Positions 9,316 through 17,690 of a DNA stretch of 64,000 nt are shown one piece after another. The notes below the pieces were generated by a model. That model was given only the letters and a program-made list of their open reading frames with translations. It had not been told where the DNA came from and made no database searches. The position numbers were made by a program, and so were the translations under genes. Numbering within the stretch: the first letter of the stretch is position 1; every line of letters begins with the position of its first letter. Source of the DNA: Bacteroidales bacterium (lineage in GTDB: Bacteria > Bacteroidota > Bacteroidia > Bacteroidales > Lentimicrobiaceae); the NCBI GenBank assembly GCA_022837485.1, contig JALHHH010000011.1, positions 588 to 64,587 of the forward strand, read 5' to 3'.

Positions 9316-10296
9316 ATGCTTTGCATTATCCGTAAAGAAACCGACCCCTATTTCAACCTTGCCGCCGAGGAATACGTTCTGAAACACTTTGAACGCGAAA
9401 GCTTTATGTTATGGAGAAACGAGCCCTCCATCATCGTTGGGAAGCATCAGAATACACTTGCCGAAATCAATGCTTCGTATGTAAAGGAGAACAGCATTAA
9501 AGTGGTTCGCCGGCTTTCGGGAGGCGGAGCGGTATTTCACGATCTGGGAAACCTGAATTTTACATTCATTGCATCGGGAGACCACGAACACCTCGTTGAT
9601 TTCAGGAAATTTACCCGGCCGATCCTGGATGTGCTGCTTACGCTCAACATAAACGCACAGTTTGAGGGTCGCAACGACCTTACCATAGAAGGCAGAAAAT
9701 TCTCAGGAAATGCGGAGCATGTCTACAAAAACCGCGTGCTTCATCACGGCACCCTGCTCTTTTCGTCTCAAATGGCAGATCTTTCAAATGCCCTGAACGT
9801 TGACCCCGACAAATTCCGCGACAAAGCGGTAAAATCGGTTCGCAGCAGGGTGACGAATATAAGTGAACACCTAAGTGCGCCACTCACTGTAACGGAGTTT
9901 AGAGATCTGATCCTGAAGCATGTAATGGAAAGCACTCCGGGCGCGGAGCTGTACAGCTTTACCGATGAAGACATACAAGCCATATCAAAGCTGCGCGACG
10001 AGAAATATGCCACCTGGGACTGGAACTTCGGGTATTCGCCCAGGTATAACTTCCTTAAAGCGGTAAAAACCAACGGAGGAAAACTGGAGGTTACCCTTGA
10101 AGTGGCAAATGGAATTATAGAAAATGCACGGTTCTACGGCGACTACTTCAACAAGCTCGATCCCGCCGAGATTGAAAAGGCGCTGGAGGGTTCATCCCAC
10201 GACGAAGCAAGCCTGCGCGAACGAATTGCACCCTTTAACATTCCCGATTACTTCCTGAATGTTACCGGCGAGGAGCTGCTGAGCGCCCTTTTCTGA
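9316..10296 (+). CDS. lplA: lipoate--protein ligase
   Basis: 326 aa. Contains the LplA-type region RRLSGGGAVFHDLGNLNFTF and GRKFSGNAEH, and the length fits LplA with its C-terminal accessory domain. Confidence 0.85.
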   Translation: MLCIIRKETDPYFNLAAEEYVLKHFERESFMLWRNEPSIIVGKHQNTLAEINASYVKENSIKVVRRLSGGGAVFHDLGNLNFTFIASGDHEHLVDFRKFTRPILDVLLTLNINAQFEGRNDLTIEGRKFSGNAEHVYKNRVLHHGTLLFSSQMADLSNALNVDPDKFRDKAVKSVRSRVTNISEHLSAPLTVTEFRDLILKHVMESTPGAELYSFTDEDIQAISKLRDEKYATWDWNFGYSPRYNFLKAVKTNGGKLEVTLEVANGIIENARFYGDYFNKLDPAEIEKALEGSSHDEASLRERIAPFNIPDYFLNVTGEELLSALF

Positions 10297-10364
10297 AAGT
10301 AATGCCGCGGCTGAACTTTACCACTGCCTGTTTGTTTATGGCTCCAAACAATAATTTTCACACC

Positions 10365-11171
10365 ATGGAAGCTCAACAGGTATTTGACAGGCTCTGGGCC
10401 GATTACACCGGACAAAACCCGGCAGCCAAACGGGTATACGACCTTTTTACCGCCGAAGGCGAAACCGTGTACAACGATCACATCGCATTCCGCACCTTCA
10501 ACGATCCGGGAATCAACATCGAAGTCCTTTCTCAGGAATTTCTTAAGGTTGGATACGAATACAAAGGATCCTACAATTTCGAACAAAAGAAGCTGAATGC
10601 CAAACACTTCGAACATAAAACCTTCAAAGATGCCCCCAGGGTTTTCATCAGCGAGCTGCGGGTTGATGAGTTTTCGCCCTTTCTTCAGGAAACCATTAAA
10701 GGCATTATTAATGCCATACCGGAGGATAAAAAAGGAAAGAGCGATCTGATTTATGCCGGCAATCTGTGGGGAACGCCCTCGTTTGAGGTGTACGAAGCAC
10801 TTCGCAAGGAATCGGAATACGCGGCATGGGTCTACGTTTACGGGTTCAGAGCCAACCACTTCACGGTTAGCATCAACGGTTTGAAAAAGTACGACACCAT
10901 ACACAAAGTAAATCAGTTTCTGAAAGACAACGGATACATCATCAACGGTTCCGGTGGAGAAGTAAAAGGCACGCCCGAAGAACTTCTCGAGCAATCGAGC
11001 ATCATGGCCGGAATCCTGCCGGTGGCTTTTAAAGAAGGAACCCACGAAATTCCATCCTGCTATTATGAGTTTGCCATGCGTTACCCGGATGCCGACGGCA
11101 AGCTTTATTCAGGGTTTATTGCCAAATCGGCCGATAAGATTTTTGAAAGCACCAATTTTTACAAAAAATAA
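10365..11171 (+). CDS. DUF1338 family protein (short form; family of the 2-oxoadipate dioxygenase/decarboxylase HglS/YdcJ)
   Basis: The ORF is open from 10302, with alternative starts at 10302 and 10338. I prefer the ATG at 10365 (MEAQQVFDRLWADY...). The N-terminal DHIAFRTFN motif and overall pattern recall DUF1338 proteins. A terminator follows at 11191-11221. Confidence 0.65.
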   Translation: MEAQQVFDRLWADYTGQNPAAKRVYDLFTAEGETVYNDHIAFRTFNDPGINIEVLSQEFLKVGYEYKGSYNFEQKKLNAKHFEHKTFKDAPRVFISELRVDEFSPFLQETIKGIINAIPEDKKGKSDLIYAGNLWGTPSFEVYEALRKESEYAAWVYVYGFRANHFTVSINGLKKYDTIHKVNQFLKDNGYIINGSGGEVKGTPEELLEQSSIMAGILPVAFKEGTHEIPSCYYEFAMRYPDADGKLYSGFIAKSADKIFESTNFYKK

Positions 11172-11190
11172 CAAGGTTACTCCTGCTTTT

Positions 11191-11221
11191 ATCCCGGCAT
11201 TGCTGTCCGGGATTTTTTTTG
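11191..11221 (+). terminator. intrinsic terminator after the DUF1338 gene
   Basis: ATCCCGG (11191-11197) / CCGGGAT (11207-11213) stem followed by T8. Confidence 0.7.
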
Positions 11222-11303
11222 CCCCTTCCCTGCACTCCGGTTACGGAAAGATAACAGAGCCATTCGCAGAGTGCAGGAAGATGCAACAAACCATGTAAAT
11301 TTT

Positions 11304-11311
11304 TACATTTG
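11304..11311 (+). promoter_or_regulatory. -7 box upstream of the YdiJ-like oxidoreductase gene
   Basis: TACATTTG, 52 nt upstream of the ATG and downstream of the 11191-11221 terminator. Confidence 0.45.
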
Positions 11312-11362
11312 GGGAGTCGTTCACCGGAAAGAACCCATGGACTGTAAAAACTTTGAACACAA

Positions 11363-14281
11363 ATGATTCCTGTAAACAAGTGGAATGAGCTGAAAGGCAA
11401 ACTGAAGGGCGATCTTTACACAGGCGACAGCATGCGATTGCTTTATGCCACGGATGCTTCGGCATACCGCGAAATACCTGCCGGAGTTTGCCGCCCGGCC
11501 GGTAAGCACGATTTAAAGGTAATTATCGGCTTTGCCCGCCGGATGAAGCTTCCGCTTATTCCCCGCACGGCGGGCACCTCGCTGGCCGGACAGGTAGTAG
11601 GCAGCGGACTGGTGGTGGACGTATCGAAATACATGACCCGGGTGCTCGAGCTTAACGTTGAAGAGCGCTGGGTGCGCGTGGAGCCCGGCGTGGTTCTGGA
11701 TGAACTCAACAACATGCTGGAACCATACGGACTCTTTTTTGGGCCGGAGACCTCCACATCTAACCGTTGCATGATAGGCGGAATGGTGGGCAACAACTCC
11801 TGCGGCTCGCATTCGCTGGTATATGGAAGCACGCGCGACCACACCCTGGAAATTACTGCCCTGCTGAGCGACGGATCGGAAGCAGTGTTCGGGGAAATAA
11901 GCGGGGAAGAATTTGAAAAAAAATTACAGCTTCAAAACCTTGAAGGCGATATCTACCGTAATATTTACCGGATATTAAGTAAAGAAGAGAACCAGAAGGA
12001 AATCAGGGAGCACTACCCCGACCCGGGTATAGAAAGGCGAAATACGGGGTACGCCCTCGACCTTTTACTTGAATCCGAACCTTTTACAAAAGGAAAACCA
12101 AAATTTAACTTCAGCCGTCTGCTTGCCGGATCGGAAGGAACGCTGGCCTTCAGCACCGAAATAAAACTCAATCTCGTACCTCTGCCCCCACCCGAGAAAG
12201 CCCTGATATGCGTGCACTGTGCCAAACTGGAAGACGCATTCAAAGGAAATCTTGTTGCCCTGAAGCACGACCCGATTGCAGTGGAGCTGATCGACAGCTA
12301 TATACTTGAGCGAACCAAAGATAATATTTCACAACGCAAAAACAGGTTCTTCATTCAGGGAGAACCGGCTGCCATACTTGTGGTGGAACTGGCTTTAGAA
12401 AGCCGTGAGGCCATTGACAGAAAGGCTACCGAACTGGAAACCGCATTGCGTAAAGAGGGATTTGGATATCATTTCCCCGTTGTTTACGGTAGCGACATCA
12501 ACAAGGTGTGGGCACTGCGAAAAGCCGGCCTGGGATTGCTTTCCAACGTGCCCGGGGATGCCAAGCCTGTAGCTGTAATAGAAGATACTGCGGTAAATCC
12601 GGCCGTTCTGCCGGAATACATGCACGACTTCCGGCTAATGCTTGACGACCTTGGACTGGATTGCGTATACTATGCACACATCGCCACGGGCGAGCTGCAT
12701 CTGAGGCCGGTGCTTAACCTGAAAGATCCGGGAGATATTGAACTGTTTCATACCGTAGCCCTTGAAACGGCCAAGCTGGTGAAAAAATACCGCGGATCGC
12801 TGAGCGGAGAGCACGGCGACGGGCGGCTGCGCGGAGAGTTCATCCCCCTTATGCTGGGCGAACACAACTACTCGCTTCTGGAAGAGGTAAAACAAACCTG
12901 GGATCCCGAAGGCATTTTTAATCCCGGAAAAATCACCGGCACCCCTCGCATGAACACCAGTCTGCGCTATGAGCCGGGACAGACAACGCCGGAGCCTGAA
13001 ACAATTTTTGATTTCAGCGACACGCTTGGACTAATAAGGGCTGCCGAACAATGCAATGGCTCAGGCGACTGCCGCAAATCGGAGCAGTTTGCAGGAACCA
13101 TGTGTCCGAGTTACCAGGCTACGCGCGACGAAAACGCCACCACCAGGGCCAGGGCAAACATACTGAGGGAATTCCTGACGCGCTCCCAAAAAAGAAATCC
13201 GTTCGACCAGAGAGAGATTTATGAAATCATGGATCTCTGCCTTTCGTGCAAGGGATGCAAATCGGAGTGCCCTTCCAACGTGGACATTGCCAAATACAAG
13301 GCCGAATTCCTGCAACACTATTACGATGCCAACGGAGTGCCTTTGCGTACCCGCATGATCGCGTGGATCACTACATTCAACCGGATCGGAAGCCTGGTAC
13401 CGGCCGTTTACAACTTCTTCCTGAAGAACTCCTTAACCTCAGGACTGATGAAAAAGACGCTCGGATTTGCTCAGAAACGCTCCATTCCCCTTCTGCAAAA
13501 GACGACCCTGAGAAGATGGTATCGCAGAAAATATTCTCCTGCAGAAACCGGAAGGAAGGTATATCTGTTTGCCGATGAATTCACCAATTACAACGATACC
13601 TCAGTAGGTATAAGTGCCGTTAAAGCCCTTCACAAACTTGGGTATGATGTTGTTATCCCCGAACATACCGAAAGCGGAAGGACGTTTATCAGCAAGGGAC
13701 TTCTGCGAAGAGCAGCACGGCTGGCAGAGAAGAACATCCGCAGTTTGTATCCGCTTGTTTCGGAAGAAGCTCCGCTGATCGGACTGGAACCATCGGCCAT
13801 ATTGACGTTCAAAGACGAATCCATCGATCTTACCCGTGGCGAAATGAAAGAAAAAGCCAGGGCTTTGGCAGGAAACTGCATGCTTTTTGAAGATTTTATA
13901 ATGCGTGAATTTGCTGCCGGACGTATTGAGACATCGCTGTTTACCACGGACCATAGGAAAATCCGCCTTCACGGACACTGTCATCAGAAATCGCTGGCAG
14001 GTACGGCATCCACCAGACAAATGCTCTCGCTGCCGGTGAACTATACGGTTGAGGAAATTAAATCGGGTTGCTGCGGGATGGCCGGATCTTTTGGCTATGA
14101 AGCCGAGCATTACGAGCTTTCAATGAAAGTGGGTGAACTGGTTCTTTTTCCTGAAATCCGTAAAACCGGTGAGGAAACAATCATCGCCGCGCCGGGAACA
14201 AGCTGCAGACATCAGATCAGCGACGGAACGGGGCGACAGGCAAAGCATCCGGCAGAAGTTTTTTACGAAAGTATGAAATAA
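11363..14281 (+). CDS. FAD-binding and (Fe-S)-binding oxidoreductase, YdiJ-like (GlcD-type flavoprotein fused to GlcF-type Fe-S/CCG module)
   Basis: 972 aa. PCMH-type FAD domain (IPRTAGTSLAGQVVG), two Cys clusters (CNGSGDCRKS...MCPSY; CLSCKGCKSECPSNVD) and a C-terminal CCG motif (CCGMAGSFGYE). Confidence 0.8.
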   Translation: MIPVNKWNELKGKLKGDLYTGDSMRLLYATDASAYREIPAGVCRPAGKHDLKVIIGFARRMKLPLIPRTAGTSLAGQVVGSGLVVDVSKYMTRVLELNVEERWVRVEPGVVLDELNNMLEPYGLFFGPETSTSNRCMIGGMVGNNSCGSHSLVYGSTRDHTLEITALLSDGSEAVFGEISGEEFEKKLQLQNLEGDIYRNIYRILSKEENQKEIREHYPDPGIERRNTGYALDLLLESEPFTKGKPKFNFSRLLAGSEGTLAFSTEIKLNLVPLPPPEKALICVHCAKLEDAFKGNLVALKHDPIAVELIDSYILERTKDNISQRKNRFFIQGEPAAILVVELALESREAIDRKATELETALRKEGFGYHFPVVYGSDINKVWALRKAGLGLLSNVPGDAKPVAVIEDTAVNPAVLPEYMHDFRLMLDDLGLDCVYYAHIATGELHLRPVLNLKDPGDIELFHTVALETAKLVKKYRGSLSGEHGDGRLRGEFIPLMLGEHNYSLLEEVKQTWDPEGIFNPGKITGTPRMNTSLRYEPGQTTPEPETIFDFSDTLGLIRAAEQCNGSGDCRKSEQFAGTMCPSYQATRDENATTRARANILREFLTRSQKRNPFDQREIYEIMDLCLSCKGCKSECPSNVDIAKYKAEFLQHYYDANGVPLRTRMIAWITTFNRIGSLVPAVYNFFLKNSLTSGLMKKTLGFAQKRSIPLLQKTTLRRWYRRKYSPAETGRKVYLFADEFTNYNDTSVGISAVKALHKLGYDVVIPEHTESGRTFISKGLLRRAARLAEKNIRSLYPLVSEEAPLIGLEPSAILTFKDESIDLTRGEMKEKARALAGNCMLFEDFIMREFAAGRIETSLFTTDHRKIRLHGHCHQKSLAGTASTRQMLSLPVNYTVEEIKSGCCGMAGSFGYEAEHYELSMKVGELVLFPEIRKTGEETIIAAPGTSCRHQISDGTGRQAKHPAEVFYESMK

Positions 14282-14321
14282 AATCTTAAACAAGTCCGGG
14301 CTATATCTAATCCCGGGACAC

Positions 14322-14376
14322 CGGAAAAAAGAAATGCTCCGGCACACTGCATCGAGGCCGGAGCATCCATTTTTGG
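14322..14376. terminator. bidirectional terminator between the convergent FAD/Fe-S oxidoreductase and M43 protease genes
   Basis: ATGCTCCGGC (14334-14343) / GCCGGAGCAT (14357-14366) form a 10-bp stem, flanked by A6 on the left and T5 on the right. Confidence 0.65.
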
Positions 14377-14391
14377 TTAATATTGGTTTAT

Positions 14392-17373
14392 CTATTTCAT
14401 CTTCATAATCTTACCGCTGCTGAACCAGGTACCCGAAATGAGGGTATAGTGGTAAATTCCTGCGGGAAGACCGGCCGCATCGAACGTGAAGGAATGCAAA
14501 CCTGCCGGCAGCACTCCGTTGTGAAGCTCAGCTACCACACGGCCTGTATTATCCCTGACTACAAGTGTCGTTTCGCTGGTCTCTTTCAACTCGAATACAA
14601 TTTCTGTTTGACCGGCGAAGGGATTAGGCCTTATGCTGACGGAAAGGGAGGATTGCCCCTTGCTTTCGGGTGTGCTCTCTGCTATGCTACTCTTGCCGGA
14701 AGGACCTTCGCTGCGGACGTGGAGCTTTCCGCCGTTCAATAGCTGAGGTGCAGGACCTGTGCCGATCCACTGACTCGAGAACAGAATTCCCTGTCCGCCG
14801 TTTCCACTGAGGGTTACAACGATTTTATCGAGAGATCCGTTTTGCGCCACCGTACTTTCATAGGCATCCATTGCCAGGTTAAAGTTACCGCCGAGCGGTA
14901 CAGGATTGAGGGGATCGGTGATATCGCGCAGGGTAGCCTTGGTACTTATTACGGCCTTGCGGTAGTCGGGATCGGTAAGACTCACAGCCATGGAGTTGAT
15001 CTTATTGCTGCGAATCTGGTACTTTCTCCAGACACCGGCTTCATAACGCCTGAAAATAACATTGATGTTTCCCTGCAGATTCCGGCCGGCCGGATTCCAT
15101 TTCATATTAAATCCAAAATTCATTTTTGAACCGGGAGTGCCTGCATACGTACCTGCCGACTGATCGCCGAGAACGATATGACCGCCTCCGGTGACAAATT
15201 CAGAACCGGGAAGCGCCAGCGTAACCAGGGTAAGGTCGGCCGTTGCACCGGTGTAATACCCGCCGGCTGAAGCCCATACCTCAAAGGTTTCGCCTCCCGA
15301 ACTGCAGTTGCTGCCCGTAAGGGTATGCATGAAGTCTGTAACGGCTACACCTTCGGTAAATACACCCGGATTAATCAGTCCGACCGGCAAATCGGGAACA
15401 CTGAGGGTGGTTCCGGGTATTCCGCCATTGGAAAATGTAAGGGTGGCATTACGAATGTCGCCCTGGCAGTCGACCGGACCATCGTCAGCATCGGCTATAT
15501 ATGCCATGAGGGTTATGGTACCTGTGCAATTGGATGCTGAAGGCGTTGAAAAATACTCCTGACCATTGTACACAACCAATGCATCTTCGGGTGAAACATT
15601 GATGGAAATGGGATCGGGCTGACTGATGTTGTAATGCACCTCATCCATACCGCTGAAGATAGCAGTAACGGTTTTTGAACCTGGTGCCATGGATCCGGCA
15701 ATATCTTCCAGCATGCAAACGTCGGTGAGAACTGCTATCAGATCGGAACCGGAAATTTCGAAATCAGCACTTCCCATCTCCTGTGCACCAACAAAGAAAG
15801 TAACCGACTCTGCTGCCAGAAATTCGGGGGCACAGGCGGCTCCGTCGGTGATGGTTGCTGTAAAGGTTGCTGCATCGCTGTACTGAACCGGATCGGGACT
15901 AACTTCAATAAGGGAAGTAACTTCTTTGGGAGCAACCGTAACGGTAGCCGTGCAGCTGGATTCGTTGTTGCTGTTATCTACCACTGTTAATGTAACCATA
16001 TTCAGACCGACATCCGAACAATCGAATAACGAAGGACTAACGCTCATCGACTGAATTCCGCAATTATCGTACGAGCCGTTATTTATTTGGGCTGCAGTAA
16101 CCGTTGCCTGTCCGGATGAACTCAGATAAATGGTTACATCCTGACAAAGTGCAACCGGCGGCGTATCGTCAACCACGGTAACTACCGCTGAGCAACTGGA
16201 TTCGTTGCCCTGCTCATCCACTACTGTAAGAGTTACGTTATTGGGGCCCAGGTCATCGCAGGCAAACGAAGACGGACTTACCGACCAGGAACCGAATCCG
16301 CAGTCCCACGTGGAGCCGTCATCAACGCTGGCAGGTGTAATACTCGCGGTACCGGCCGAACTGAGCGAAACGCTGATGTTTTTGCATGCTGCAATCGGAG
16401 CATCGCAAGGACAAACTGACTCCAGGTAGGTGCGCGTAGTGTTGATGTAAATCAACATACGAGCATATTGCTGAGGCGAAAATAATGTCCGGCAATCCTT
16501 CAGCGAATAAGACATAATATTTGTTTCATCGGGAGTATAGGAAACTCCGCACGCATCGCTGAATGATCCGCTGTAAACGCAGGCAGGAGAGGCAGTAATG
16601 CTGACACCTGCCCGATTGAGCCTAGGGTCAGCGGGTGTATCGCATAACAGATCGCCGGCGTTATCGCAGTTATAGCAATCATCGGATCCTGTGCGTGTTA
16701 CATTCTCTGCACCATCTCCAACAGCCGTTTCGTGTGTGTGGTAAAGTCCAAAATAATGCCCGATCTCATGTACCAGTGTGCTTTGGTTGGTTGCACACCC
16801 ATTGGCTATAACAATATAATCTACGGGGAGCATCCATGGGAAACGTGCCCATCCGCATGCACCATCCGGATCGTCGACAAAATAAATATTCAGAACATTG
16901 GCAACGTTATGGTTGGCAGCCATGTCATCGCCCTCTGCATCTCCCGACAAGGAATAATAAGCAGTACTATTGATGTAATTGGGGTCTCCGCATTCGGAAA
17001 AGGTAACCTCTATCGGTGCAAAATAAGGGGCAACCCAGTTTTCGAACTCGTTACGGACACTGTTGATAGAGATACCGCCGGTACCATCGTCTCTTCTAAC
17101 AATATGTATCTGAACCAGAAAATTACGTGTCTCCCTGGCGGAATAATGCATATACTGCTCCATCATCCGGTTAAAAGCCTCGCGGTCAACAGAACGTTCA
17201 TATGCCGCATCGGCTTCTGTTGCTTCCGTAAGGCACTCATGGCGGATAACGCTCTCGCGTTCATCCGTTTGACGATGACCGTGCATAACAGGATCCGCTG
17301 TCTTTTGTGCCCGTACACCGGGCAAAAGGCAACAGAATAAAAACAGCAGCGATAAAAATGTAGTGTTTCTCAT
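14392..17373 (-). CDS. secreted M43-type (pappalysin/cytophagalysin-like) zinc metalloprotease with tandem HYR-like Ig domains and T9SS CTD
   Basis: Signal peptide. Zinc site LVHEIGHYFGLYHTHE with a downstream Met-turn (NIMSYS). Two adjacent ~78-aa repeats. C-terminus SIRPNPFAGQTEIVFEL...GIYHYTLISGTWFSSGKIMKMK fits the T9SS CTD. Confidence 0.8.
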   Translation of the reverse strand: MRNTTFLSLLFLFCCLLPGVRAQKTADPVMHGHRQTDERESVIRHECLTEATEADAAYERSVDREAFNRMMEQYMHYSARETRNFLVQIHIVRRDDGTGGISINSVRNEFENWVAPYFAPIEVTFSECGDPNYINSTAYYSLSGDAEGDDMAANHNVANVLNIYFVDDPDGACGWARFPWMLPVDYIVIANGCATNQSTLVHEIGHYFGLYHTHETAVGDGAENVTRTGSDDCYNCDNAGDLLCDTPADPRLNRAGVSITASPACVYSGSFSDACGVSYTPDETNIMSYSLKDCRTLFSPQQYARMLIYINTTRTYLESVCPCDAPIAACKNISVSLSSAGTASITPASVDDGSTWDCGFGSWSVSPSSFACDDLGPNNVTLTVVDEQGNESSCSAVVTVVDDTPPVALCQDVTIYLSSSGQATVTAAQINNGSYDNCGIQSMSVSPSLFDCSDVGLNMVTLTVVDNSNNESSCTATVTVAPKEVTSLIEVSPDPVQYSDAATFTATITDGAACAPEFLAAESVTFFVGAQEMGSADFEISGSDLIAVLTDVCMLEDIAGSMAPGSKTVTAIFSGMDEVHYNISQPDPISINVSPEDALVVYNGQEYFSTPSASNCTGTITLMAYIADADDGPVDCQGDIRNATLTFSNGGIPGTTLSVPDLPVGLINPGVFTEGVAVTDFMHTLTGSNCSSGGETFEVWASAGGYYTGATADLTLVTLALPGSEFVTGGGHIVLGDQSAGTYAGTPGSKMNFGFNMKWNPAGRNLQGNINVIFRRYEAGVWRKYQIRSNKINSMAVSLTDPDYRKAVISTKATLRDITDPLNPVPLGGNFNLAMDAYESTVAQNGSLDKIVVTLSGNGGQGILFSSQWIGTGPAPQLLNGGKLHVRSEGPSGKSSIAESTPESKGQSSLSVSIRPNPFAGQTEIVFELKETSETTLVVRDNTGRVVAELHNGVLPAGLHSFTFDAAGLPAGIYHYTLISGTWFSSGKIMKMK
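15931..16401 (-). repeat. tandem duplication encoding two ~78-aa HYR-like Ig domains inside the M43 protease gene
   Basis: aa ~325-402 (CKNISVSLSSAGTASITPASVDDGSTWDCGFGSWSVSPSSFACDDLGPNNVTLTVVDEQGNESSCSAVVTVVDDTPP) and aa ~403-481 (CQDVTIYLSSSGQATVTAAQINNGSYDNCGIQSMSVSPSLFDCSDVGLNMVTLTVVDNSNNESSCTATVTV) align residue for residue. Confidence 0.8.
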
Positions 17374-17690
17374 ACATGCGGTGTGTTAGGTTAATAAAAT
17401 TGGTTAATAAACTGGTTACCCCTGACCGTTCTGGCATAAACGGCTTTAGGGTAAATACCATAGCTCCGAAAACGGTTAGAAGCGCTGGATTGCTGAGCAG
17501 CAAATCTACATAAGGACCGGCATCGTCTGTTAGTACTTTTTGCGTAAAATCTTGTACTATCTGCGCAATCCTAAGATGAAAAGTAGCATATTAACAATGA
17601 TTTAACAGTTCGCATGAAATCAAGGCAGGCAAGACTCTGAAAAGGACTAAAGGGAGGTACCGGAGTCATCGGGAAATAAAAACGTAGGAC

